A DNA stretch of 64,000 nt from a virus: positions 20,962 to 84,961 of the IMG/VR virus record IMGVR_UViG_3300017917_000199. One strand, written 5' to 3'. Made by a program: the position numbers and the translations under genes. The notes under the pieces are model-generated. The model ran no database searches. It saw nothing but the letters and a program-made list of their open reading frames with translations, and was not told the origin of the DNA. This document shows, one piece after another, positions 38,901 through 47,248 of this stretch. Numbering within the stretch: the stretch's first letter is position 1; each line of letters starts with the position of its first letter.

Positions 38901-39483
38901 CTGTAGTAACTTCTAAAGCATTTACAGCATAGTCACCTATGTTTCCGATACTTGCTAGAGGAAGGCCACCTGACATATCACTAGCCATAGTGATAACGAT
39001 CGGTGTTTGTAATTCAAATGTACCAGTTGTAGCATTGAATTCATAGATACCCCATGTGCTAGTTGTAGTGTCTAACCAATATGTGCCATTAGATGGTGTA
39101 CCGACTGGACGACCAACTTGACCTACTAAACTTGCTAAATCAATGTCAGCACGTAAAACGTAGCAACGATTGGTTACACCTAAAACACTGTAAGCTGCTA
39201 ATAGACCATATTCATTTAATTCATAACCTTGAATAGGTGTACCATTGGTTGTAGTATAGAAGAACGGAGTTCCATACAAATCAACCAAATCACGCTGACT
39301 TGTTACTTGATATAATTTTCCTGCATTGGCTGCTGTTGTAGCTTGAGCAACACCTGTACCAGCAGCATTAGCTTTATTCTGTGCTGTTGCTAGAAGTACA
39401 AATGGGACGGAGTTGACTGGGGCTGGAAGATATTGACTTTGGTCAATGATTGATACTTCTACGCCTGGAGATGTTAATGCCAT
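35911..39483 (-). CDS. Contractile tail sheath protein (gp18-like), expanded
   Basis: MALTSPGVEVSIID; PWLAAAGTRRG; FVFEPND; VVCDESNNTPARIDRNEL; AAEFIYI. Confidence 0.95.
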   Translation of the reverse strand: MALTSPGVEVSIIDQSQYLPAPVNSVPFVLLATAQNKANAAGTGVAQATTAANAGKLYQVTSQRDLVDLYGTPFFYTTTNGTPIQGYELNEYGLLAAYSVLGVTNRCYVLRADIDLASLVGQVGRPVGTPSNGTYWLDTTTSTWGIYEFNATTGTFELQTPIVITMASDMSGGLPLASIGNIGDYAVNALEVTTEPNGANRTYYYKTTTNTWVVLGSNSWRNDVPTVQGGTSNPTLNPGDTFDIDMSGLYTATITVGADAESVVTAINNLGWTSLSAEVRNGKLCIFSSQILTSGVSNGNVNLSDVSGTALTDLGITAGTYYQPLLSYGTAAQMPLWTTGQSQPRPTGSVWVKVGAAGNGLNPKMSVFNGTTQTWNLKNVTLATSDAGAINDLDATGGQAIPAGTIYGQYFYNGTARTAPVYFWERIATGATVVTGTTTNPAFDAAPDTVSYYMNVYVSVPGSSTLSGPYNFTLADNSDATDFVTAWAAANIPYTTATVTTNGSIQLTHTTGGVIMMDDTVDSSFVSTNVSSGLITEAGFIVGDTGVRYGSGSTAAFTGIVQDSTSGVGSSATFNILNSYGSYIVNGTGIGDGGSGYVIGDTVTISGADLGGTTPANDLVLQVTAVSAGAATAVTYISGEPSAVYLTQLSNWVEMTYTANEGAPGVAPANNTNWFYSVVDQVDIMVNYNGAWYGYGNRNYDSSGFPTATGTNLTDPNGPIVSASEPTTQSDGTQLEYGDLWINTSDLENYPVISRWQSVSGVNQWVLIDNTDNTGSTGIVFADARWSSNQNSISPIDDPIPTIVSLLTSNNVDLDAPEPTLYPSGMLLFNTRRSGYNVKQYRSNYFNIDSFPNSVLPTYTDTWVTVSGNMTNGAPYMGRQAQRAMVVQALKAAIVTNTAIRDEDNFFNLMATPNYPELQPDMIELNGARGETCYILGDTPMRLADSGTAIQNWATNAAGASSTGEEGLVTRNTYMGLFYPSGLATDLSGNSVAVPASHMMLRTFVRNDTIAYPWLAAAGTRRGNIDNASSIGYVDSATGEFVSIKTRIGIRDILYTNFINPLVFFTGVGLLNYGNKTSFNSQSALDRTNVARLIAYIRRQLTLAARPFVFEPNDALTRKEISGVVETLMIDLVAKRGLYDYLVVCDESNNTPARIDRNELWIDVAVEPVKAAEFIYIPVRILNTGELAAV

Positions 39484-39538
39484 TTTGTTTTTCCTTTATG
39501 TAAAATTATGAGGTTTACCACCTAAAAATGCATAAAAG

Positions 39539-39545
39539 TATTTAT
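39539..39545 (-). promoter_or_regulatory. Late promoter core ATAAATA for the sheath operon
   Basis: Recurrent motif. Confidence 0.65.
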
Positions 39546-39602
39546 TAAAAAAATCAAAAAAGACGGTTTAGTCGTGCCTTCGAAGGTGATACTAAATACA
39601 GT

Positions 39603-39956
39603 ATGAGTTTAAAGCGTCCTATATGTCCTGTGTGTAACAAAAACTACCGTGCTGTTAATTATAAGCGTGATGGTGTAACACATTACAGAAGCATGTGTGA
39701 TGAATGCGGTAGAAAGAAAAATAAACTTAAACCTAGAAAACCCAATTGGTCTAAAAATGGATACAAAAAGAAAACCACATGTGACTTATGTGGTTTCAAA
39801 AGTTTATTCTCCTCGCAGATAGCAGTGTTCTATATTGACGGAGACTTAGAAAATGCTACACCAGCCAACCTCAGAAGCATATGCTTAAATTGTGTAGAAG
39901 TAGTTAAGCAAAAAGAAGTTAACTGGAAACGCGGAGATTTACAAGTTGACTATTGA
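39603..39956 (+). CDS. Zn-finger protein with degenerate HNH-like fold
   Basis: Four CxxC pairs; VFYIDGDLENATPANLRSICLNC. Confidence 0.6.
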   Translation: MSLKRPICPVCNKNYRAVNYKRDGVTHYRSMCDECGRKKNKLKPRKPNWSKNGYKKKTTCDLCGFKSLFSSQIAVFYIDGDLENATPANLRSICLNCVEVVKQKEVNWKRGDLQVDY

Positions 39957-40571
39957 TTTGATTTTTTGATGCAAGTCATCAATGGTTCCGTCGTTTTCAA
40001 TATAGTGGTCATACTGTAATCCCACGCTAGAATATTCACTTGCGTGTACGCCCAAACGAATCAAGTTTTCTTTACTGATTGCCCAAGTCATATTACCCCA
40101 CTCACCCTTATTGTATGATACGGCATATTCGTACCAGTCAGGTTTAGGACCCCTAGAGATTCGCATTGTAGTACCGCCCACTGACTTGATAGCATTGACT
40201 TCATTAGCAAAACGACAGTCTGTAATAACAATATTATCTTTAGCTTGGCGTAATTTGTTCTCTACACTTGCAACCCAAATATCACTATGGAAGTTGTTAC
40301 GTAGTACATCTGTTCCCCAGTACTGCAATACCCAACGCGGTGTGATTTCCATACCTAGACGATTACTCCACCATTCGTCCTTTTGTTCTCGCCATTCTCT
40401 ACTTGTCTTAGTAGATCCTTCTAATAGTTCTCGGTCCCATCCGAAAACTGAACTAACTGCGTCTTTCAATGACGCTGCAAAACTTACTCTTTTAAAACCA
40501 TGGAATGTGCAAAGATAATCAGCAACAGTATCTTTGCCAGACCCAATAAAGCCGGTTACGCCTAAAATCAT
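39939..40571 (-). CDS. Deoxynucleoside monophosphate kinase (T4 gp1-like)
   Basis: GFIGSGKDT, FAASLKD, TPRWVLQYWGT, ITDCRFANE, HASE. Confidence 0.9.
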   Translation of the reverse strand: MILGVTGFIGSGKDTVADYLCTFHGFKRVSFAASLKDAVSSVFGWDRELLEGSTKTSREWREQKDEWWSNRLGMEITPRWVLQYWGTDVLRNNFHSDIWVASVENKLRQAKDNIVITDCRFANEVNAIKSVGGTTMRISRGPKPDWYEYAVSYNKGEWGNMTWAISKENLIRLGVHASEYSSVGLQYDHYIENDGTIDDLHQKIKSIVNL

Positions 40572-40578
40572 GTGGAAA

Positions 40579-40611
40579 CTCCTGTCAGAGATACTTATTC
40601 TATGACAGGAG
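40579..40611 (-). promoter_or_regulatory. Hairpin sequestering the SD of the dNMP kinase gene
   Basis: CTCCTGTCA-tagaataagtatctc-TGACAGGAG-tttccacATG. Confidence 0.6.
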
Positions 40612-40634
40612 CATGACGAAAGAAAGTGTTTAGG

Positions 40635-41000
40635 TTAATCGGAATAATCTTCTAATTTTAAAATCATGTTTGGAAGAATATCACCCATGTACATACATTG
40701 GTCTGTTTCTCTAAGACTTTCTATCCAATTTTCTTCCGTAGTGTGATCTATGTCGCCCATCAATTTTGATTTATCTAATTTGTTGAGGTCTACCGTCACT
40801 AAGGTAATGTTGTCATAACCAGTTCTTTCTTGGTCAGACTCAGCATATTCTAACGCAAGGTCGGGATTATCAGTCAAAAATACTGAGTGTTGTCTGCCAG
40901 CTTTCAAGCCATGTTTTTTTATAGTTTCAATTGATTCTGAGGTTCCGTGCCATAATATATTATGACCAGTATCTTCAAAAAGTATCTCGCTTATTCTCAT
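40635..41000 (-). CDS. ADP-ribosyltransferase-fold protein (Tpt1/KptA-like) with head-targeting-like N-terminus
   Basis: LWHGT....I.KHGLK..RQHSVFLTD...A..YA; N-terminus MRISEILFE. Confidence 0.6.
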   Translation of the reverse strand: MRISEILFEDTGHNILWHGTSESIETIKKHGLKAGRQHSVFLTDNPDLALEYAESDQERTGYDNITLVTVDLNKLDKSKLMGDIDHTTEENWIESLRETDQCMYMGDILPNMILKLEDYSD

Positions 41001-41001
41001 G

Positions 41002-41805
41002 TTATCCTTGTACCCATGTTAATGGTTGACTGTAATCAACATAACGCTTGAGTTCGTCAATTAGTTGTGCTTGCAATTCTCTACTTTCGTTCTTCATTGC
41101 TGTACCATTTAATGTTGTGCCACCGCCTGGCCCTGCAATGCTACCAAACTTCTCACGTGCCTCACCGATGATACCCTTCAATACGGCTAAAGTAAAGTCA
41201 CCAATCCAAACACCTGCACCTGGATCTTGTAACAACACTGTTTCAGGACGTTGAACATCAGCCCAAATAAGAATTCTTTCACCAGAACCCTTGAAGTCAC
41301 GAACTAATCTCAATACCTTTGTGACAGGATCGAATGTATAAATGACATAACCACCGAACATACGAGCAGCCAACTCGACATAACCAGCATAGAAGTCATA
41401 TGTCGCCATACCACCTGTATAGTTGTAATTCAATAGGTATGTGTTTAGAATCGCACTTGAGAATGGGTCAAAACTTGTAGAACTTGGACCTGTTTCAAAA
41501 CCAACTGTTCGTCTGAAAACTGAACGAACATTAATGAATTCTTGAGGCAATGTATAAGTGTCAACATTCTTAATGACTGTCATTAATGTGTAGGATTCAG
41601 CCGTAGCGTTTTGCGCTCTTTGGCGATAGATTTTGATTGCATAGTTATACGCAGCCTCAAAGTGCTGAGGATCTAATTCTAGGTCAATAATTCCATCGCC
41701 TAAACGATATTTCAAGTTTTGAAACAGTGCTTGTTTCAATTCGTCTAGTGTTAGATTAGACGGAGTTGCTAAAATACTAGCTGTTTGATTTGTTGCTGTG
41801 GTCAT
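41002..41805 (-). CDS. Neck protein (gp13-like)
   Basis: RLGDGIIDLEL, GEAREKFGSIAGPGGGTTLNG. Confidence 0.8.
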   Translation of the reverse strand: MTTATNQTASILATPSNLTLDELKQALFQNLKYRLGDGIIDLELDPQHFEAAYNYAIKIYRQRAQNATAESYTLMTVIKNVDTYTLPQEFINVRSVFRRTVGFETGPSSTSFDPFSSAILNTYLLNYNYTGGMATYDFYAGYVELAARMFGGYVIYTFDPVTKVLRLVRDFKGSGERILIWADVQRPETVLLQDPGAGVWIGDFTLAVLKGIIGEAREKFGSIAGPGGGTTLNGTAMKNESRELQAQLIDELKRYVDYSQPLTWVQG

Positions 41806-41808
41806 AGA

Positions 41809-41842
41809 GATTACCCGATAATGTAGTATTTATCAGGTAATC
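41809..41842 (-). promoter_or_regulatory. Hairpin containing the late promoter and occluding the neck-gene initiation region
   Basis: GATTACCTGATAA-atactaca-TTATCGGGTAATC-tctATG; ATAAATA at 41827-41833. Confidence 0.65.
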
Positions 41843-42053
41843 AGTCTTTCAATATATCAAATACAGTCCCGTATTCGTATCTTTTCCAATCATCCATATC
41901 AACATATATATTGATACAACGGCGGTATACTGTCTTTAGCCACGTTCGTTTTCCATGAACTTTTACAGGATACCATGCAAACCATTTCTCCCAAGGATGT
42001 ATTATTACCTTTCTGGGAGTATAGCCATATCTCGGGGGAGGATTATAATTCAA
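41841..42053 (-). CDS. Small hypothetical protein
   Basis: WEKWFAWYPV motif typical of small phage proteins. Confidence 0.55.
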   Translation of the reverse strand: MNYNPPPRYGYTPRKVIIHPWEKWFAWYPVKVHGKRTWLKTVYRRCINIYVDMDDWKRYEYGTVFDILKD

Positions 42054-42055
42054 TG

Positions 42056-42931
42056 TTAACTCTTATCATAGGACCATTTCCAAGTGTATCCATCTTCAAG
42101 ACCTAGCTTTTCACATAGTTCTTCTGTAAAAGTTCCGTCGATTCTTAATGTATATCGGAATACTGGTTCAGGATCTACACCATGATAATCTCTGTTGTTG
42201 AAGAAATAACTTTTAGCACCATTAGGAAGATAGTATTTTTCTTTTGTTTTTTCGTCCCATATAAAACTTGGGCGCCATCCACCGTCAAAGAACAGATTAA
42301 TATTGTGGTCGCTATGTTCTGCAACTACACTATCTCTATGAATAGTCACCCCAGCGTTTGGATAAGTCGTGAAAAACATGACCCTGCCTATATTTTTAAA
42401 GGGAAGGGTTTTTATGTATTCAAGTAATTTAGGAAAATGTTTACTTGCTTCAGTCCAATTATCGTTGTCTTTTGTTTTGTTTCGAAATTCGCTATGTTTT
42501 AAATATAATGCAAAGAACCATGGTATGACCGATCCCAATGCAAAATACGCATACTTATATGCCACTTGCATTTTTTGCCCTTCAGGTGCTTTTTCTATTA
42601 ACTCTAGTATAGCTTTTTTATGCACTCCGGAAGGATCTATTTCAGAAAGATTTTTTAAAGTGTCAGACCAGCATCCATGATTATTATACTTCTTTTCTTC
42701 TTCCGGTGGAATGTCTCCGTAGACCATTCCCATTTTGTAATCGTTGCTCAGTGCTAAACCCTGACAGCATTCAATATGCAATTCAGAATCCATGCTATGG
42801 TCAATATAGTTGTCCATAGAAATTATAGGGGTACGGGTCGTACCTACACCCCTCACACCAAATTCTTGGTAAGCAAAATGCGGTACCATAACATCTCCTA
42901 TTTTATATAGAAGATGTTGTTGGTCTTTCAT
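42056..42931 (-). CDS. Putative 2OG-Fe(II) dioxygenase-fold protein
   Basis: IHRD...FFNNRDYHGV...RYTLRIDG (HxD...H...R). Confidence 0.55.
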   Translation of the reverse strand: MKDQQHLLYKIGDVMVPHFAYQEFGVRGVGTTRTPIISMDNYIDHSMDSELHIECCQGLALSNDYKMGMVYGDIPPEEEKKYNNHGCWSDTLKNLSEIDPSGVHKKAILELIEKAPEGQKMQVAYKYAYFALGSVIPWFFALYLKHSEFRNKTKDNDNWTEASKHFPKLLEYIKTLPFKNIGRVMFFTTYPNAGVTIHRDSVVAEHSDHNINLFFDGGWRPSFIWDEKTKEKYYLPNGAKSYFFNNRDYHGVDPEPVFRYTLRIDGTFTEELCEKLGLEDGYTWKWSYDKS

Positions 42932-43338
42932 AGGTCACCCTCTTTTCGGTTCTCACTGTAGAATGCATCAAAGTGTCCGCCCGGGTATCGTGATTCTAGC
43001 TTGGAAACATTTTCAGCAATCACATCATTGGGGTCGTATCCAAGTGCCCTGCAAGCATTAGTCCAGTACCAAAAGATATCACCGAGTTCACGCTTCATAT
43101 GAAAACGATTATCTTCATTGAAGGGCTTACCTTGGAACATAATCTTTTTAACGATTTCGTTAAACTCGCCGCCCTCACTTGCTAGACCGATACCTGCTGT
43201 AGCAAGCAATGGGACATTCAAATTCTGCTCTTGTAGTTCAAGTACACGGGCAATAAATGCACCTGTGTCGTTACTTGCCTCACTGGTAACTGCTTGGACA
43301 AAGTCCTTGTATTTGTTTAAATCAATTTGTTGTGTCAT
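42928..43338 (-). CDS. mazG: MazG-like NTP pyrophosphohydrolase
   Basis: GLASEGGEFNEIVKK, ELGDIFWY, N..KL..RYP. Confidence 0.88.
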   Translation of the reverse strand: MTQQIDLNKYKDFVQAVTSEASNDTGAFIARVLELQEQNLNVPLLATAGIGLASEGGEFNEIVKKIMFQGKPFNEDNRFHMKRELGDIFWYWTNACRALGYDPNDVIAENVSKLESRYPGGHFDAFYSENRKEGDL

Positions 43339-43347
43339 ATTTTTCCT

Positions 43348-43578
43348 TTAATCATTAATCACATTGAACAGTGCGTCACCTGCAACTTTGTCAAAAGGTG
43401 CGCCATATTCAGCAATGTGTTGTGCATCTTCGTGTTCGTCACGACCTGCTACAACATCAATATAGTATTTGAAGTTCGCAACGCCTGTCTGACGGTAATC
43501 TTCTTTTTCATGGTCTTGTACGATTTGCACAATACCAATACAGGTTCTACCTGTAAACCATTTTACTCCTGTAATCAT
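43348..43578 (-). CDS. Hypothetical protein
   Basis: 76-aa ORF. Confidence 0.5.
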   Translation of the reverse strand: MITGVKWFTGRTCIGIVQIVQDHEKEDYRQTGVANFKYYIDVVAGRDEHEDAQHIAEYGAPFDKVAGDALFNVIND

Positions 43579-43579
43579 A

Positions 43580-44740
43580 TTAGAATGCCTTTAGAATAAT
43601 CATGTTTTCGTTAAAGCGACCGTTAGGTTGAGTCGCAACTGCCTTGATACTGTCAAAGAATTTTCGTGCCGCGGGCTTACTGCCCATGACTTCTTTGATT
43701 TGTTCGCCTGGCTTACGCAGTGTTTTAATCTCACTCTTGTTACTGTCAAAGCCTAGAATTGTGTTACCCTTGACTGTGAAAGTTTTAGAGTATTCGTCTG
43801 CAATATAATGATGCAGTTTGCGCTTTGCAGTATCATATACCCACGCTTCGCTTGCACCATGCAACTTAGTAGGATGCACACTGACAAGATCCAACTTATT
43901 TGCAGGGTCTTTGAATTCTTTGAGGTACTTGAGTTTTGCGACGACCTTCTCGATAGGCACAGCTTTTTTCTTGCGAGGTGCTTTAGCTGCCTTTTTGATA
44001 CTGATATAACTGTTCAGTTCACCGAGCACTTGTTCAATAAATTTGAGCAGGTTGCGAATCTGAATCTTACCCATGTCACGGTAACCATCTTTGACTTCTT
44101 TGTCACCGTTACTAAGCAATTCAAATTCTGATTGCTTGCGCTTCCAGAATTCAACAATCAGTGGAATGTGCTGGGGCAATACATTGAATCGTGCAACGAT
44201 ATCAACTGTTTTTTGTGTAGTCTTACCTTCAAGGAAGTATTCATCGAACATGCCTTCAAGTTCACCTGCAGCCTCACGTGCTTTGTCACGCATGATTTCC
44301 TGCACATTAGGTCGATTGCTTACAGGCTTTTCTTCCTCTTTTTCAACAACTGCAGGTTTCGCTGTTAGTTTTAGCAACCGAGAAATTTCATTTTCTACTG
44401 TTGCTTCCTCATGTTCTGTCAATTCAAGACCGCGAATAGACATGCGAGACAACCAGCATAGTGTCATCAAAAATTCTTTGTCATCGACTTTACGCAATGC
44501 TTTAGCTTCATTGGCTCGGTCGTGATGTTCACAATATTGTGCCAACAGTTCCTTAGCGTCTTTCTTGCCATAGAAACGGTTATACCAGTTAAAACTCCGC
44601 GCAAGTGCAATTCCGCGATAGTCAGTATCAGGTTGCAACGCAAAATAGGGCTCTTCGCCCATGTATTTTGTGTCGGGATCCCTAGGATTCAGTGATTTAA
44701 CGAAGTGGTCACCGGTCTTTTTGGGTTTGCGTGTAGCCAT
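43580..44740 (-). CDS. Hypothetical early protein
   Basis: 386 aa; consensus sigma70 promoter and SD AGGAG; C-terminal KTLRKP...NGRFNENMIIL. Confidence 0.6.
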   Translation of the reverse strand: MATRKPKKTGDHFVKSLNPRDPDTKYMGEEPYFALQPDTDYRGIALARSFNWYNRFYGKKDAKELLAQYCEHHDRANEAKALRKVDDKEFLMTLCWLSRMSIRGLELTEHEEATVENEISRLLKLTAKPAVVEKEEEKPVSNRPNVQEIMRDKAREAAGELEGMFDEYFLEGKTTQKTVDIVARFNVLPQHIPLIVEFWKRKQSEFELLSNGDKEVKDGYRDMGKIQIRNLLKFIEQVLGELNSYISIKKAAKAPRKKKAVPIEKVVAKLKYLKEFKDPANKLDLVSVHPTKLHGASEAWVYDTAKRKLHHYIADEYSKTFTVKGNTILGFDSNKSEIKTLRKPGEQIKEVMGSKPAARKFFDSIKAVATQPNGRFNENMIILKAF

Positions 44741-44766
44741 GAATGCTCCTATGAAAGAATAACGTT

Positions 44767-44795
44767 ATTATATATCATTGCCCAATTACTGTCAA
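44767..44795 (-). promoter_or_regulatory. Perfect-consensus sigma70 early promoter
   Basis: TTGACA-17-TATAAT. Confidence 0.9.
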
Positions 44796-44819
44796 GTTTA
44801 AAAAGGTAATACTTTTGCG

Positions 44820-44826
44820 ATAAATA
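44820..44826 (+). promoter_or_regulatory. Late promoter core ATAAATA (divergent)
   Basis: Upstream of the gp14-like gene. Confidence 0.6.
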
Positions 44827-44846
44827 AATGATTAGAGTACAAAAAT

Positions 44847-46559
44847 ATGCCACGTTTAAGTCTATACCGCCCAAATAAAACTAATGACTACAATTTCTTG
44901 GATAGAATTGTTTCCGAACAGTTAACCGCGGGTGGAACGGATCTTTATGTTCACAAATACATGGGTCCTAAAACAACACCCTCAACTGATTATACTCAGC
45001 CACAATATGCTGATTTAAGTCCTACAAATATACAAGATTTACTATTTTTAGAGAATAGGGATAGGGTATATGACAAAAACATATACAGACTTCGTGGGCA
45101 TTATAATGTACAAAACTTAGATTTTGATTTAAGCCAATTTGGTTTATTCTTAAACAACGACATTATCTTTATTACTGTCCATTATAACGATATGATTGAG
45201 TTAATCGGTCGTAAGTTAATGGTTGGTGATGTAATCGAATTACCGCACTTAATAGATTATAATCCATTGGATGAAAGTATCCAATATGCATTAAAACGAT
45301 TTATGCAAATTACTGACGCTAATTATGCGTCAGAAGGATTTAGTCAAACATGGTTCCCTCATTTATGGCGTATTAAATGTGAGCCATTAGTTAATAGTCA
45401 AGAATTTGATGACATTCTCAAACAACCTAATAATCAGGATAATTATTTAGGTAACTGGGAAGATGGTAGAGTTTATCCTCCAGGATATACTATTAACTTC
45501 GGTGACAAGATTTACGAATCATTACAAGAAGTTCCAATAGGAGTAACTCCCCCTAATGAATTATATTGGAGAGAAATTGTTGATGGTAGTTTAGCTGATA
45601 TATTATCTACATATAATAAGAATATCAATATCAATAATGCTATACTTGAAGAAGCAAGACGATTAGTACCTAAATCAGGATACGATCAAAGTAATCTATA
45701 TATTGTACCTACATACGGAGAATATCAATCTAATACAGCATTATCAGGTAAACTAAATCAACCTGCGCCTCCTATTAGTGTTATCGCAACTAATGATTCA
45801 GCACCTATAATGACAGGCACGATTGCGTATATGCGTAATCCTAAATATAAAAATGCAAGTCCTGTATTAAGAGTTTCTAAAGAAGTTGCCAAGAGCATTT
45901 GGGACATGACTGCTGATATGCTAGATATGCCTTTAGGTAAGTTCCAGCAAACAAATTTAGAAATAGTCACACTTGCACCAGAAATGATAGGTAGTGGTTC
46001 AGGTCCAGTTGAAGGAGATCGTGTGTTAGCTGTTCAATCGTTTGGTCCAGTTACTGGTCCATTCGGTACTGCTGATAACACATATGCTACTGCTGACCAA
46101 GATCCTGACGCAACTGGCTTCACTGGCACAGAACCATATGGTCCTAATACAATGGACTATCGTGCTGATTGTGATCCGAGATTCCAATATATCGGTCGTT
46201 CAAGCCCTCGTAGCTTTGGTTACAGTATGGGTTACATGACAGGTGATGGCACAGCACCAAACGGGTATCCAACAGGTGCAGGTATTAGTTTCCCACAAAA
46301 TCCACAAGTTGGTGATTATTTCTTACGTATTGACTACATGCCTCAAATATTGTATCGTTGGGACGGTAGATTGTGGGTTAGAATCAGTGAGAATGTCAGA
46401 ACAGAAACAGGAATGACAGCAGGAGATTTGTCACAGCAATCTAGCTTCATAAATAACAGTAACGTAACAGTATTGACAGATGGAACAACTGTATCCCAAA
46501 GTCAACCATTGTCATCTATACTTTCTATAACACCAGACACTCTACCACCAGTAATTTAA
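44847..46559 (+). CDS. Neck/head-closure protein (gp14-like), extended
   Basis: IQDLLFLENRDR, DLSQFGLFL, GDVIELPHL. Confidence 0.65.
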   Translation: MPRLSLYRPNKTNDYNFLDRIVSEQLTAGGTDLYVHKYMGPKTTPSTDYTQPQYADLSPTNIQDLLFLENRDRVYDKNIYRLRGHYNVQNLDFDLSQFGLFLNNDIIFITVHYNDMIELIGRKLMVGDVIELPHLIDYNPLDESIQYALKRFMQITDANYASEGFSQTWFPHLWRIKCEPLVNSQEFDDILKQPNNQDNYLGNWEDGRVYPPGYTINFGDKIYESLQEVPIGVTPPNELYWREIVDGSLADILSTYNKNININNAILEEARRLVPKSGYDQSNLYIVPTYGEYQSNTALSGKLNQPAPPISVIATNDSAPIMTGTIAYMRNPKYKNASPVLRVSKEVAKSIWDMTADMLDMPLGKFQQTNLEIVTLAPEMIGSGSGPVEGDRVLAVQSFGPVTGPFGTADNTYATADQDPDATGFTGTEPYGPNTMDYRADCDPRFQYIGRSSPRSFGYSMGYMTGDGTAPNGYPTGAGISFPQNPQVGDYFLRIDYMPQILYRWDGRLWVRISENVRTETGMTAGDLSQQSSFINNSNVTVLTDGTTVSQSQPLSSILSITPDTLPPVI

Positions 46560-46561
46560 TA

Positions 46562-47170
46562 TTATTTTAACTTACAATTGTTAAAATGCCATCTTGGCAT
46601 CGTAGATGATCCGCCCTTCTTACCACAATGTGGACATTCCACAATCTCATACTTCATCCCCGTTCGGGTTTTTGCGCTTTTATCAATCCATTCCTGTGGA
46701 AGTGGACGCCCCTTATTTTTATTGGGCTTAGTTCTTGCTTTAGGTTTTTTATATTTTAAACCAACCTTCTTAGCAAGATATTCAGGAGACCTTTTTATAC
46801 CTTTCTGACGCTTACTCTTATTTGCATTTTCTTCAGGAGAGTGTTTTCTACCCGTTTGAGCTTCTGCTATTTTCTTACGGCCGTCTGGTCCGGGATCACC
46901 ACCATCTCCGGTTTCAGGCTTTAGGTTAGCCCATTTATTACTATCAACTATTTCCCACAACTGACTATAGTATTCACCCCAATATTTTACCTCATCTGGT
47001 GTGGAACATTCTCGTAGAATCTCGGTATCATAATTGAAACCATGTTTTTTCAAATGTGCTTTCCAGTATTTTCCAGATCCAGAATAAGCATGTGGATCAT
47101 TTGCTGTAGTTTTACCTAAATACATCAATCCGGTAATTCGGTGTGTCTTTTTGTAAAGATAAATAGTCAT
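46562..47170 (-). mobile_element. Free-standing GIY-YIG (Seg-like) homing endonuclease with NUMOD3-like repeats
   Basis: IYLYKKTH..TGLMYLGKT...YSGSG..W; GRKHSPE; C-terminal CPHC...RWHFNNC; antisense insertion between structural genes. Confidence 0.8.
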
Positions 47171-47248
47171 GCTGATGCTCCTTTATAGCGTTAGAGTAGT
47201 TGGGCCTGCCCGCCGCGAACTACACTTATTTATACAAGGACAACAGTT

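Noticed and set aside
46562-47170. Group I intron housing the endonuclease
   Set aside because: The flanking genes appear complete, and there is no room for an intron core around the ORF.
47171-47200. Hammerhead ribozyme suggested by CTGATG
   Set aside because: The core needs CUGANGA and GAAA; here it reads CUGAUGC with no matching GAAA.
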